A stretch of DNA of 64,000 nucleotides from Planctomycetota bacterium (GCA_038213805.1 JBBQSO010000006.1:43040-107039); one strand, 5' to 3'; shown: positions 48,480 to 58,898, numbered from the stretch's first letter. The notes: a model not told the origin generated them from the letters alone. Translations and numbers: made by a program.

Positions 48480-49604
48480 TCAGCCCGGGATGATGGCCGC
48501 CGCGAATGCCGCCTCGACCAGCGCCGCCGCCGGCGCCTCGTGCATCACCACGCTGCCGAGCGCGGTCGGCAGCACGAAGCGCGTGCGTCCGGCGGCGACC
48601 TTCTTGTCCAGAGCGCAGTGTCCAGCCAGCCGCATGGCGAGCGCCGCAGCGTCGCCAGCCGCGCGGTGCGCAAGCGGCAGGCGGTAGCGCGCGAGCAGGG
48701 CGTCCTGCCGTACGCCCAGACCATCGTCGCCAAGCAGCCCCAGGGCGCGCGCCAAGTGTTCAGCCATGCGCATGCCGATGGCCACCACCTCGCCATGGAG
48801 GTAGATCTTGTAGGCGGTCTCGCGCTCCAGCGCGTGGCCGAAAGTGTGGCCGTAATTGAGGTGCGCACGCACGCCTTGCTCGGTCTCATCCTCGGCCACG
48901 TACCAGGCTTTGATGCGGCAGCTCACCGCCACCGCCTCGGCAACCGCGGCGGCTTCGCCGGCGGCGAGGGCCTCGGCGTGCGCCTCCTGCCAGGCGAAGA
49001 AGGCGGGATCGCGGATCACCCCGTACTTCAGCACCTCCGCCAGACCGGCGCGGTACTCGCGCCCGTCCATGGTCGCGATCACGCTCGGATCGATCAGCAC
49101 GCAGGCCGGCTGCTTGAACGCGCCGACCAGGTTCTTGCCCGCTGAGCTGTTGACCCCGGTCTTGCCGCCGACGCTGGAATCGACCATGGCGAGCAGCGTC
49201 GTCGGGATCTGCACGAAGCGCACGCCACGCATCCAGCAGCCGGCGACGAAGCCGGCGAGATCGCCGCTGACTCCGCCGCCGAGCGCGACGATCGCATCCA
49301 GGCGGTCGACGCGGTGGCGCGCGCAGGCTTCCCACAGGCGTGCGGCCGTGTCCAGGGTCTTGCTCGGCTCGCCGGCCGGGAAGGTCGTCACGTCGGCACG
49401 GATACCGGCTTCCGCCAAGGCCGCGATCAAGCGTGCGCCGTGCAGACGCGCCACCGTCTCATCCGCCACCACCAGCACGTGGTCGCTGGCCAGATGCGGA
49501 CGGATCACCGCTCCTGCGCGGTCGAGCAGGCCGGGCGCGATGGTGATGGGATAGCTGCGTTCGCCGAGGGCGACGTCGATGCGCAGAGGGTCGCTGGGGG
49601 TCAC
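48480..49604 (-). CDS. aroB: 3-dehydroquinate synthase
   Basis: ALGGGVSGDLAGF, PTTLLAMVDSSVGGKTGVN, KNLVGAFKQP, LNYGHTFGHALE. Confidence 0.97.
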   Translation of the reverse strand: MTPSDPLRIDVALGERSYPITIAPGLLDRAGAVIRPHLASDHVLVVADETVARLHGARLIAALAEAGIRADVTTFPAGEPSKTLDTAARLWEACARHRVDRLDAIVALGGGVSGDLAGFVAGCWMRGVRFVQIPTTLLAMVDSSVGGKTGVNSSAGKNLVGAFKQPACVLIDPSVIATMDGREYRAGLAEVLKYGVIRDPAFFAWQEAHAEALAAGEAAAVAEAVAVSCRIKAWYVAEDETEQGVRAHLNYGHTFGHALERETAYKIYLHGEVVAIGMRMAEHLARALGLLGDDGLGVRQDALLARYRLPLAHRAAGDAAALAMRLAGHCALDKKVAAGRTRFVLPTALGSVVMHEAPAAALVEAAFAAAIIPG

Positions 49605-49794
49605 GCCGGGAACCTTGCCAGGGCATGGGCGGTAATCCATTGGGAGGGGTGGCTCCGCCGGCGCGAGGCAGGCCGTGGCGCAGGCCACGATCGCTCGCCG
49701 TCGATGCCGCGTTTCCTGAGTGGATTGCGCGCGGAATCGGGACCTTGCTAATTAGTAAACTATAGATAACAAATGAATCCCACCGGAGCCACCC

Positions 49795-50646
49795 ATGCCT
49801 GCAATCGCCCACCTCCCGCCCCCCGACCTGCGCCGCCGCTGCGCGCTCATCGCCGCACTCGGCGTGCTCGCCACGGTGGCCGTCTTCCTGCACGCGCCGG
49901 TTCCCCAGGACGAGCGCTTCCACGCCTTCGCCGACCAGCGCACCTGGTGCGGGATTCCGCACCCGGGCGACGTGCTCTCCAACCTGCCCTTCCTGGTGGT
50001 CGGCGTCCTCGGCCTGATCGCCCTGTTGCGTCATGCCCGCGTCGGCCCGCTCGCCAGTTTCGCCACCGCCTGGGAGCGCTGGCCGGCGGTCACCGCCTTT
50101 GCCGCGCTGGTGCTGACCGCGGTGGGCTCGACCTGGTACCACTGGGCGCCGGACGATGGCCGCCTGCTCTTCGATCGCCTGCCGCTGACCCTGGTCTTCA
50201 TGGCGCTGTTCACCCTGGTTATCACCGACCGCGCGGGTCCGCGCGTGGCGCGCGCCGTCTTCCTGCCGCTGCTCGCGACCGGCGTCATCAGCGTGCTGTG
50301 GTGGTCGGCCAGCGAATCCGCCGGCTACGGCGACCTGCGCCTCTATGGCCTGGTGCAGTTCTTTCCAATGCTCGCCATCCCGCTCCTGCTCGTCCTGCTG
50401 CCGCGCCGCTACACCGGCGGCGTGCACATGCTCATCGTGCTGCTGCTCTACGGTCTCGCCAAGCTCTGCGAGGTGCTCGATGCGCAATTCTACGCGCTGC
50501 TCGGCGTGATCACCGGGCACACCGTGAAACACCTCCTCGCCGCGTTCGCGATGTGGTGGCTGCTTGGGTATCTGATGCTGCGGCGGGCGTTGCCAGTCGC
50601 AGGGTCCGGAAGTCCGGAAGTCCGGGGGTCCGGAAGTCTCGGGTGA
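49795..50646 (+). CDS. Ceramidase-family (alkaline phytoceramidase-like) membrane protein
   Basis: PQD..FH.FADQR, VLSNLPF, GS.WYH.APD...L.FDRLP, GDLR.Y.LVQF, GHTVKH. Confidence 0.82.
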   Translation: MPAIAHLPPPDLRRRCALIAALGVLATVAVFLHAPVPQDERFHAFADQRTWCGIPHPGDVLSNLPFLVVGVLGLIALLRHARVGPLASFATAWERWPAVTAFAALVLTAVGSTWYHWAPDDGRLLFDRLPLTLVFMALFTLVITDRAGPRVARAVFLPLLATGVISVLWWSASESAGYGDLRLYGLVQFFPMLAIPLLLVLLPRRYTGGVHMLIVLLLYGLAKLCEVLDAQFYALLGVITGHTVKHLLAAFAMWWLLGYLMLRRALPVAGSGSPEVRGSGSLG

Positions 50647-50773
50647 ACGAATCCACCGCGGCGTGCACGCGTCGGTCGCGGACGCGCGCCGGCGGGTGGT
50701 GCGGATGATTGCACAGGCCGGTTGGGTCTATGCGTCCGACTTCCGGACTTCCGGACTTCCGGACTTCCGGACC
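50603..50773. repeat. Inverted tandem-octamer element (GTCCGGAA / TTCCGGAC)
   Basis: Left arm 50603-50643, right arm 50736-50773, about 4.5 units each. Confidence 0.9.
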
Positions 50774-52167
50774 CCGCCGAGGCCGTCCGACAGCATTCCG
50801 AACAACGCCACCTGCGCCTTGAGCGCCGAGCGGAAATCCCCCAGGTGCAACGACTCGTTCTCGGCGTGCGCGCCGCAGGTCGGGTCCTCGACGCCGGTCA
50901 GCAGGGCAGGGATGCCGCCGAGCTTGGCGGTCATCTCGCCGACGAAGGGGATGCTGCCGCCGCAGCCGATGAACACCGGCGCCACGCCAAAGCCGCGCTC
51001 GAGGGCGGCGGCAGCGCGTGCGAACACCGGGTGGTCGGTGGGGCTGCCCCAGGGCGTGCTCGCACCCAGACGGGTGATGGTCAGTTCCATGCCGGCCGGC
51101 GCGTGCGCGCGCAGGTGCGCAGCGAGCGCGGCGTAGACCTCCTCCGCCTGCATGTCGGGCACGATGCGGATGCCGAGCCGCGCCCACGCCGAGTCCATCA
51201 CCACGTTGCCGGTCTGCCCGCGCGTGCCGGCCTGGATGGCGTTGACCGACAGCGATGGCCAGCGCCACATGCGGCGGTGCACGTCGACGACGTCGGGGTT
51301 GCCGGGGCTGGTAAGCAGCCCGGCTTGTTCGGCGAAGCGCTCCGGCGCGTACGGCAGGCGCCGGTACGAGGCGGTCTCGGCGGCGTTCAGCGCGCGCACG
51401 CGCTCGTAGATGCCTGGGATGGCGATGTCACCGCGCGCGTCGCTCAGCGACGCGATCAGCCGGCAAAGTGCCTGCACCGCGTCAGGCACGGTGCCGCCCC
51501 ACATCCCGGAATGCAGCGGCGCGCGCAGCGCCTTGAGTTCGACCTCGACGCCGACCAGGCCGCGCAGGCTGGTGGTCAGCGAGGGCAGGCCGGTGTCGAA
51601 GTTGGCGGCGTCGGCGATCACCAGGCAGTCGGCTTGCAGTTCGGACAGATGCGCATCGAGGAAGCGCGAGAAGTGCTCGGAGCCGATCTCCTCCTCGCCT
51701 TCGATCACCACCGTCAGGTTGACCGGCGGCTGGCCCGCGACCGCGTTCCACGCCGCGGCGCTGGCGCAGTGGATGGCGATGCCGGCCTTGTCGTCGGCCG
51801 CGCCGCGTGCGTAGAGCCGGCCGTCCCGTTCGGTCGGCTCGAACACCGGCGTGCGCCACAGATGCTCGCGCAGCGGCGGCTGCACATCGTGGTGCGCGTA
51901 CAGCAGCAGGGTCGGGCAGTCCGGTCCGGCGCGGTGGTCCTTGGCGATGACGTAGGGGAAAACGCCCGGCAGCCGCGCGATGCGCGCCTCGGGATAGCCT
52001 GCCGCCAGCAGCCAGTCGACGCACGCCTGCGCGCTTGTCTCGAGGTGCGCGTGGTCGAAGCCCGGGAAACTGCACGAGGGGATGCGCACCAGCTCCTTGA
52101 GGCGGGCGAGCGTGTCCGGGAAGTCCGCTTCGGCGCGGGCGATGGCGGCGGCGATGGCGTCGGTCAT
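50728..52167 (-). CDS. M20/M25/M40 family metallopeptidase (dipeptidase)
   Basis: LLYAHHDVQP, GRLYARGAADDK, IEGEEEIGS, HSG..GG, GGSIP, AHAENE. Confidence 0.93.
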   Translation of the reverse strand: MTDAIAAAIARAEADFPDTLARLKELVRIPSCSFPGFDHAHLETSAQACVDWLLAAGYPEARIARLPGVFPYVIAKDHRAGPDCPTLLLYAHHDVQPPLREHLWRTPVFEPTERDGRLYARGAADDKAGIAIHCASAAAWNAVAGQPPVNLTVVIEGEEEIGSEHFSRFLDAHLSELQADCLVIADAANFDTGLPSLTTSLRGLVGVEVELKALRAPLHSGMWGGTVPDAVQALCRLIASLSDARGDIAIPGIYERVRALNAAETASYRRLPYAPERFAEQAGLLTSPGNPDVVDVHRRMWRWPSLSVNAIQAGTRGQTGNVVMDSAWARLGIRIVPDMQAEEVYAALAAHLRAHAPAGMELTITRLGASTPWGSPTDHPVFARAAAALERGFGVAPVFIGCGGSIPFVGEMTAKLGGIPALLTGVEDPTCGAHAENESLHLGDFRSALKAQVALFGMLSDGLGGVRKSGSPEVRKSDA

Positions 52168-52272
52168 GCCGCGCAGGCTATGACCACCGCGCTCCGCGGG
52201 AACCCCCGCCCCTGCGCCGAGCCCTGTACGCCCAGGCATTCCCATGGGCCGGAGGCCGCCTAGGGTCCCGAC

Positions 52273-52911
52273 ATGTCCCGCCTCCTCCTGCTGGCATGCG
52301 TCCTGCTGACTGGCGTGCGCATGGCCGCGGCGGAGACCCTGGTATGTCTCGGCGACAGCCTGACGGCGGGCTATGGCGTCGACGTGGACGAGGCGTGGCC
52401 GGCGCTGCTTCAGCAGGGGCTCGACGCGCAGCTGCCGGGGCGCTGGAAGGTGGTCAATGCTGGGGTTTCCGGCGACACCACGGCGGGTGGGCTGGCGCGC
52501 GTGCCGTGGCTGCTCAAATCGCACCCCGACGTGGTGTTGATCTGCCTGGGCGGCAACGACGGGCTGCGCGGTCTCGACCCGGCTGCGAGCGAGGCCAACC
52601 TCGACGCCATGATCACGCGATTCCAGGCCGCCCACGCGCGCGTGGTCCTCGCCGGCATGCAGCTGCCGACCAACTACGGCGCCGACTACCGCGCGCGCTT
52701 CGCGGCGATCTACCCGCGGCTGGCCGAGCGCCACCACCTTGCCCTGATGCCGTTCCTGCTGGTCGGCGTCGGCGGCGATGCGCACCTCAACCTGGCCGAC
52801 GGCATCCACCCCAACCCGCAGGGCCACCGCCTGGTCGCGCGCGCGGTGCAGGATTTCCTGGTGCCGCTGCTCGCACCTGCGACGTCAGCCGCGCCGGTCG
52901 CGGGGCACTGA
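52273..52911 (+). CDS. tesA: Arylesterase / acyl-CoA thioesterase I (SGNH hydrolase)
   Basis: LGDSLTAGYG, NAGVSGDTTAGGL, LGGNDGLRG, DGIHPN. Confidence 0.93.
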   Translation: MSRLLLLACVLLTGVRMAAAETLVCLGDSLTAGYGVDVDEAWPALLQQGLDAQLPGRWKVVNAGVSGDTTAGGLARVPWLLKSHPDVVLICLGGNDGLRGLDPAASEANLDAMITRFQAAHARVVLAGMQLPTNYGADYRARFAAIYPRLAERHHLALMPFLLVGVGGDAHLNLADGIHPNPQGHRLVARAVQDFLVPLLAPATSAAPVAGH

Positions 52912-53594
52912 TGGGCGATGTCCTGGCGATCGAGGGGCTCGGCAAGCGCTATCCCAGCGGCGACGGCGAGCTCACCGTGCTCGCCGAGGTCACCTTCAGC
53001 GTCGCAGCGGGGGAGTGCGTGGCGGTGGTTGGCCCCTCCGGCAGCGGCAAGTCGACGCTGCTCGGCCTGGTCGCCGGGCTCGACACGCCCAGCAGCGGCC
53101 GCGTGCTGGTCGAAGGTCGCGACCTCGCCCTGATCGGCGACCGCGAGCTCTCCGCGCTGCGCGGCCGGCGCATGGGCTTCGTCTTCCAGTCCTACCGCCT
53201 GCTGCCGGCGCTGACCGCAGAAGAGAACGTGCGCGTGCCGCTCGACCTCGCCGGCGTGCGCGGTGCGCGCAGCGTGGCGCGCGACCTGCTGGCCGAGGTC
53301 GGACTGGGCGCGCGCCTCGGCCACCTGCCCGCGCAGCTCTCAGGCGGCGAGCAGCAGCGCGTCGCCCTGGCGCGCGCCCTGGCGCCGGCGCCGGCGCTGC
53401 TCTTCGCCGACGAGCCGACCGGCAACCTCGACACCGCCACCGGTGACGCCATGGCCGAGCTGCTCTTCCGCCTGGTGCGCGCGCGCGGTGCGACCTGCAT
53501 CTACGTGACCCACGAGCAGCGCCTGGCGGCGCGCGCCGGCCGCGTCATCGCCCTGCGCGACGGGCGGGTGGTGGAGGACCGGCGCGCGTCATGA
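52911..53594 (+). CDS. ybbA: ABC transporter ATP-binding protein (YbbA/LolD-like)
   Basis: [25 protein letters not shown]; located between tesA and the permease. Confidence 0.9.
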   Translation: MGDVLAIEGLGKRYPSGDGELTVLAEVTFSVAAGECVAVVGPSGSGKSTLLGLVAGLDTPSSGRVLVEGRDLALIGDRELSALRGRRMGFVFQSYRLLPALTAEENVRVPLDLAGVRGARSVARDLLAEVGLGARLGHLPAQLSGGEQQRVALARALAPAPALLFADEPTGNLDTATGDAMAELLFRLVRARGATCIYVTHEQRLAARAGRVIALRDGRVVEDRRAS

Positions 53595-56227
53595 GCGGCC
53601 CGCCCACCGTTGCCGAAGACGCCGCCCCGGACGGGCCGCGCGCCCCCGCCGGCCGCGGCGTCGTGCTGCGGCTCTACGCGCGCCTCGCCTGGTGGCTGCT
53701 GCGCGGCCAGGGCGCCAAGGTGTGGATCCTGCTCGCCTGCGTCGCCCTGGGCGTGGCCGGGCGGGTGTGCGTCGGCACCTTCATGGCGCGCTTCGGCGAG
53801 GCCCTGGCGCGCGAGTCGCGCAGCATGCTTGGCGGCGACCTGGAGCTCTCGGCCAACCACCCTTTCACGGTCGAAGAGCTGGCTGCGGTCGACACCGCGT
53901 TGCCGGCCGGCGCGCGCCGCGTACGCTACGTATCGTTGGTGACCATGGCCGCCGCCAATGGCCGGGCGCGTCCGGTCGACCTGCGCGCCGTCGAGCCCGG
54001 CTACCCGCTCGCCGGCGCGGTCGTGCTCAGCGCCGGTAGCATGACCGAGCTGGACGGCCCCGCGCCGGCGGTCGCGGTCGGCGCCGACCTGCTGCGCCAG
54101 CTCGAGGTCGCGCCGGGCGCGCACATCGCCATCGGCCACATCGAGGCGCGCATCGTCGGCACCATCCTCGCCGAGCCGGGCGTGTCGCCGCTGGCCTTCG
54201 GCCCGCGCGTGCTGCTCGGGCGCGCGCAGCTCGACGCTGCCGGCATCGCCGGCAGCGGCAGCCGCCTGCGCCACGCCCTGCAGGTGGTGCTCGTCGACCC
54301 CACTGCCGCGGAGGCGGTCGCGTCCGCGCTGCGCCAGGCGCTCAAGCTGCCGGCGCGCGACAAGAACGCCCTCGACCTTGGCCCGAACGCGGCGGCGCTG
54401 ACCGTGCGCACCAGCCGCGACGTGCAGTCGCAGCTCGCCGGCATGATCGACCGCTTCGCCGACTTCCTGCGCCTGGTGTCGCTGATCGCGCTGCTGCTCG
54501 GCGGCATCGGCGTGGCCAGCCTGGTGCGCGGCCTGATCCACGACCAGCTCGAGAGCATCGCCACCCTGCGCGTGCTCGGCGGCACGCGCGCCACCGTGCT
54601 CGCGGTGTTCCTGCTCCAGGCGCTCGGTATCGGCGTGGTCGGCGGACTGGTGGGCGCACTCGCCGGTGAAGGCCTGCAGGCGCTGCTCGCCATGCTCGCC
54701 GCCGGCGCCCTGCCGGTGACGATCGCGCCCGGCTTCGATCCCGGCGCCACCGCCCTGGGCGTGGCGCTGGGCGCCGCGGTGGCGGTGCTGGCCGCCGCGC
54801 TGCCGATCGCCGCCATCGCCCCCGCATCCCCGCTCGCCATCCTGCGCGGCGCCGTGCCGGCCGGCGGCGCGCGCTGGCCGGTCCTGCTCATCGGCCTGAC
54901 CGGCGCACTGGCCTGCGCCGGCCTGGCCGCTTACGAGACGCACTCGCTGGTGCTCGGGCCTGGCGCGATCCTGGTGCTGGCGCTCGCTGCTGGCCTGATC
55001 GCCGGCGGTGGTGTGCTGCTGCGCCGCCCGCTGCTCATCGCCGGCCGTGCGCTCGAGGCGCTGCGCGCGCCCTTCGCACTACGTCACGGCTTGGCCAACC
55101 TCGGCCGCGGCACCCACCGCCCGGTCGCGGCGCTCACCGCCATCGGCTTGGCGGCGCTGCTCTTCGGCACTCTGCTGGTCTACCGCGCCGCGCTGCTCGC
55201 CGAGTTCGATCCGCCCTCGCGCGCCGGCATCACCAGCCTGTTCGTCATCGATCTGCAGGACGACCAGGTCGACGAGGCGCGCAGCCTGCTCGCCGCGCGC
55301 GGCCTGCCCGCGGTCGACATCAGCCCGCTGGTCAAGGCGCGGCTGCGCGCGGTCGGCACCGAGGACGCCGCCCGCGGTCCGGCGCGCACCCGCGAAGAGG
55401 AGCGCGGCCGTTTCATGCGCGGGCGCGAGCAGAATCTCAGCTGGCGCGCCACGCTCGGCGAGGACGAGCACGTGGTCGCGGGGACGTGGATGGAGCCGGT
55501 CGGCACGCAGCTCGAGGCATCCCTCGAGGAGCGCTTCGCCAAGCGCATCGGCGCCAGGCTCGGCGAGAAGCTGCGCCTCGACGTCCAGGGCGTCGAGGTC
55601 GAGGCCACCGTCACCAGCCTGCGCCGCGTCAGCTGGACGAGCTTCCGCCCGAACTTCTTCATCCTGGTTTCACCGCTGGCCCTGGCCGGCGCGCCCGCGA
55701 CGTGGGTGGCAGCGGTGCCCGACCTCGAGCCTGCCGCCAAGCAGGCGGTGCAGGCCGACCTCACCCGCGCCTTCCCCAACGTCACGGTCTTCGACGTCCA
55801 GCAGATGGTGCACCACATCCTCGACCTGGTCGAGCGCATCGCCACCGCGGTGCGCTTCATCGCGCTCTTCGCGCTCGCCGCTGGGCTCGCCGTGCTCACT
55901 GGCATGGCCCTGGCCAGCGCCCGCGCGCGCCGCGCCGATGCCGCGCTGCTTGCCGTGCTCGGTGCACGCCGTGGCACTGTGGTCGCGGCCCTGCTCGTCG
56001 AGTTCGCCGCGCTCGGTGCCATCGCCGCCGCACTCGGCGCCGCGCTCGCGACCGGCAGCGGCTGGCTGCTGGTGTCGGGGTTCTTCGGCATGGGCCACTT
56101 CGCCGTGCCCTGGTTGCAGCTTGTCGGACTGGTCGCCGTGGTCGCGGCGCTGTGCGCCGTCACCGGGGTGCTGGCCTGCCGGCAGGTGTTGACGGCGAAA
56201 CCGCTGACGGTGCTGCGGGAGGCCTAA
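53591..56227 (+). CDS. ybbP: ABC transporter permease (YbbP, double FtsX-like)
   Basis: LGGDL, AV..GYPL.G, FVIDLQDDQ, SLRRVSW.SFRPNFFI, FPNVTV.D. Confidence 0.9.
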   Translation: MSGPPTVAEDAAPDGPRAPAGRGVVLRLYARLAWWLLRGQGAKVWILLACVALGVAGRVCVGTFMARFGEALARESRSMLGGDLELSANHPFTVEELAAVDTALPAGARRVRYVSLVTMAAANGRARPVDLRAVEPGYPLAGAVVLSAGSMTELDGPAPAVAVGADLLRQLEVAPGAHIAIGHIEARIVGTILAEPGVSPLAFGPRVLLGRAQLDAAGIAGSGSRLRHALQVVLVDPTAAEAVASALRQALKLPARDKNALDLGPNAAALTVRTSRDVQSQLAGMIDRFADFLRLVSLIALLLGGIGVASLVRGLIHDQLESIATLRVLGGTRATVLAVFLLQALGIGVVGGLVGALAGEGLQALLAMLAAGALPVTIAPGFDPGATALGVALGAAVAVLAAALPIAAIAPASPLAILRGAVPAGGARWPVLLIGLTGALACAGLAAYETHSLVLGPGAILVLALAAGLIAGGGVLLRRPLLIAGRALEALRAPFALRHGLANLGRGTHRPVAALTAIGLAALLFGTLLVYRAALLAEFDPPSRAGITSLFVIDLQDDQVDEARSLLAARGLPAVDISPLVKARLRAVGTEDAARGPARTREEERGRFMRGREQNLSWRATLGEDEHVVAGTWMEPVGTQLEASLEERFAKRIGARLGEKLRLDVQGVEVEATVTSLRRVSWTSFRPNFFILVSPLALAGAPATWVAAVPDLEPAAKQAVQADLTRAFPNVTVFDVQQMVHHILDLVERIATAVRFIALFALAAGLAVLTGMALASARARRADAALLAVLGARRGTVVAALLVEFAALGAIAAALGAALATGSGWLLVSGFFGMGHFAVPWLQLVGLVAVVAALCAVTGVLACRQVLTAKPLTVLREA

Positions 56228-56532
56228 TCGTCCGCGTGCTTCTTGGTGCCCAGGGTCGCCAGGCGCGCGTTGATGCGCTGATCGAGGTACTCGACGAGCT
56301 TGCCGATGGTCTCAAGGCCGGGCTCGCCGGGCAGGGCCTCCTCGAAGTTCACGCCGAAGGCGTCCTCCAGGTCCATCGCCACCTCGGCGATGTCGAGGGG
56401 GTCCTTGGTGATCTCGGGGACCAGGGCCTGGTGCTCGTAGTCGAAGCTGTCGTCATCGCCCGGATGGGGGAGATTGTGCAGCTTGGTGCACAGGATCTCG
56501 ATGACTTCTTCGCGGATGCGCTTGCGGTCCAT
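56224..56532 (-). CDS. Acyl carrier protein paralog lacking the canonical Ser
   Basis: DPLDIAEVAMDLEDAFGV...TIG.LVEY aligns to AcpP DSLDIAEIMMDLEDAFGV...TIGDIVKY. Confidence 0.85.
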   Translation of the reverse strand: MDRKRIREEVIEILCTKLHNLPHPGDDDSFDYEHQALVPEITKDPLDIAEVAMDLEDAFGVNFEEALPGEPGLETIGKLVEYLDQRINARLATLGTKKHADD

Positions 56533-56568
56533 GGCTGCTGCTGTCGGTCGGGGGTGGCGCTGGCGGTC

Positions 56569-57819
56569 TCAGCCGGTGAAACGGCGGAAGACCAGGGAGG
56601 CGTTGTGGCCCCCGAAACCCAGGTTGTTGGAGAGTGCGTACTCGGCCTGGAACCGCCGTGCCGTGTTGGGCACGTAGTCGAGGTCGCAGTCCGGGTCGGG
56701 CGTGGTGTAGTTGATGGTTGGCGGCAGCACGCCGTCGCGCAGCGCCAGCAGCGTGGCGATGGCTTCGATGCCGCCGGCCGCGCCCAGGGTGTGCCCGGTC
56801 ATGCCCTTGGTGCTCGAGACCGCGAGCTTGCGCGCGTGCTCGCCGAACACCTGCTTGATCACCGCGGTCTCGCCGGCGTCGTTGTACTTGGTCGAGGTGC
56901 CGTGCGCATTGATGTAGCCGAGTGCTTCGGGGGCGATCCCGGCGTCGCGCAGCGCCATGCGCATGCACGCCGCGCCGCCCGCACCGGTGGGATCAGGAGC
57001 GGTCTCATGGTAGGCGTCGCCGGTGCAGCCGTAGCCCACCACCTCGCCATGGATGACCGCGCCGCGCGCCTTGGCATGCGCGAGTTCTTCAAGCACCAGG
57101 ATGCCGGCGCCCTCGCCGATGACGAAGCCATCGCGGTCCTTGTCGAAGGGCCGGCTGGCCTTGCCGGGATCGTCGTTGCGGCGGCTGAGCGCGCCCAGCG
57201 AGTTGAACCCGGCGATGCCGAGATGGGTGATCGGCGCCTCGCTGCCGCCCGCGATCATCGCATCGCACTGGCCGACGCGGATGTGGTGGTAGGCCGCGCC
57301 GATGCAGTGCGAGCCGGTGGCGCAGGCGGTGGTGATCGAGTAATTCGGGCCCTTGGCGCCGTAGACGATCGAGATGTCGCCCGCCGCGCTGTCGACGATC
57401 ATCTTCGGCACCAGGAACGGGCTGACGCGCGACGGGCCGCGGGTCAGGAAGGTGGAATGCTCGTTCTCGATGGTCGCGAGACCGCCGATGCCCGAGCCCA
57501 CCACCACGCCGATGCGGAACGGATCGACCCACGATTTGGGATCGAGGCCGCTCTGCGCCATCGCCTCCTGCGCCGCCTTGAGGGCGAGCAGGACGAAGCG
57601 GTCCTTGCGGCGCGCTGCCTTGCTGTCGCCGCTGGTCAGGGCGAGGTTGTCCAGCGCCACCTGCCCGCCGAAGCGGGTCTCGTGCTTGGACGCGTCCAGC
57701 ACCGTGATGGGGCCGATGCCATGCCGGCCGGCCTGCAATGCCGCCCAGAAATCGGCGACGTTCGTGCCATTGCACGCCAACGCGCCCATTCCGGTCACGA
57801 CGACCCGACGTTCACCCAT
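56569..57819 (-). CDS. fabF: Beta-ketoacyl-ACP synthase II
   Basis: [56 protein letters not shown]. Confidence 0.97.
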   Translation of the reverse strand: MGERRVVVTGMGALACNGTNVADFWAALQAGRHGIGPITVLDASKHETRFGGQVALDNLALTSGDSKAARRKDRFVLLALKAAQEAMAQSGLDPKSWVDPFRIGVVVGSGIGGLATIENEHSTFLTRGPSRVSPFLVPKMIVDSAAGDISIVYGAKGPNYSITTACATGSHCIGAAYHHIRVGQCDAMIAGGSEAPITHLGIAGFNSLGALSRRNDDPGKASRPFDKDRDGFVIGEGAGILVLEELAHAKARGAVIHGEVVGYGCTGDAYHETAPDPTGAGGAACMRMALRDAGIAPEALGYINAHGTSTKYNDAGETAVIKQVFGEHARKLAVSSTKGMTGHTLGAAGGIEAIATLLALRDGVLPPTINYTTPDPDCDLDYVPNTARRFQAEYALSNNLGFGGHNASLVFRRFTG

Positions 57820-57855
57820 GCTGTGTCCCACCCGTTGCCGTCGAGGATGCCGCCA

Positions 57856-58089
57856 TCACTTCGCGACTTTGCCCTCGATGTACTTGACGATGTCGCCGAT
57901 GGTCTTGAGGTCCTGGTCCTCCTCAAGCTTCACGCCGAAGGCATCCTCGAGATCCATCATGATCTCGGCGATGTCCAGGCTGTCGGCGCCGAGGTCGGCG
58001 ACCACATTGCTCGCTTCGGTGATGGTGGCCTTGTCGCGCGAGAGGCGGTCGGCAATGATGTCGATGACCTTGGTCTTGATTTCGCTCAC
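57856..58089 (-). CDS. acpP: Acyl carrier protein
   Basis: DLGADSLD motif; AAGGAG SD before GTG 58089. Confidence 0.96.
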   Translation of the reverse strand: MSEIKTKVIDIIADRLSRDKATITEASNVVADLGADSLDIAEIMMDLEDAFGVKLEEDQDLKTIGDIVKYIEGKVAK

Positions 58090-58244
58090 AACCACTCCTT
58101 TGGGGCGGATCGGTGAAGGGCCGCTAGTCTGTCGGGGGTACCCCGATGGTCAAGGCGAGGCTCCCTGACCGCAGACTTGGACCCGAATTTCTGCACAAGC
58201 CGTTTGACGGTGGTGCCTTGGCATGATGGACATAGCCTGCGGCG

Positions 58245-58898
58245 ATGCCCAGCGCCAGCGCCATGACCCTTTGCGCAGCCCGGTTGCTGCGCCGCACCGC
58301 GTGCGTCGCTCTGGTTGGCGCGGGCCTGTTCCTGGCCGCCTGCGGCAGCAGCGGTGTCGCCCTGCCCGCGCCGGGGGCGAGCGGCCTGGTGGTGGTGCGG
58401 CTGTGGGAGGCCAAGGGCGGACCGCCTGCAATGCTGCAGTCACGGCGCGTCCGGCAGGTCGGTTCGACCTTCGATAAGCTCGAACTCCAGCCGGTGGTGA
58501 TGCGCCTGCCCGCCAGCGACGGCGTCGTCTACATCGCCGCCGCGAGCGGCGTCTACAGCGAGAAGGAGGTGGACACCATCACCCTGTCCGCGCCGGTGCA
58601 CTTTACGGGCGTGTGGCGCGGCCTGCCGCTCGCCGGCCGCGCCGACACCGCGACCATCGATCACCGCACCCACGCCATGAAGCTGACCGGCGTCGAGGTG
58701 GTCTACGCGGGCCTGACCCAAACCACGCCGAAGGCAACGGTGCTTGAGAACCAGGCGATCTCCTTCGAAAAGTTCGACCGCTCCGCCTCGGCCGGCAACA
58801 GCGGTACCCACCCGCACAGCACCCTCGCCATGGTCGCCGCGCTGGCCGCGCTGCCACAGCCGCTGGTGCTGCCGGAATTCCGCTGGGCGCGGGAGTGA
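58245..58898 (+). CDS. Hypothetical lipoprotein, possibly LptC/OstA-like beta-jellyroll
   Basis: Lipobox LAAC; YI.A.SG.Y....DTITL...V and RADTATID segments recall LptC. Confidence 0.5.
   Translation: MPSASAMTLCAARLLRRTACVALVGAGLFLAACGSSGVALPAPGASGLVVVRLWEAKGGPPAMLQSRRVRQVGSTFDKLELQPVVMRLPASDGVVYIAAASGVYSEKEVDTITLSAPVHFTGVWRGLPLAGRADTATIDHRTHAMKLTGVEVVYAGLTQTTPKATVLENQAISFEKFDRSASAGNSGTHPHSTLAMVAALAALPQPLVLPEFRWARE

Noticed and set aside
56224..58089. Type II polyketide cluster (two ACPs plus ketosynthase)
   Set aside because: Single canonical FabF, with no chain-length factor or tailoring genes nearby.
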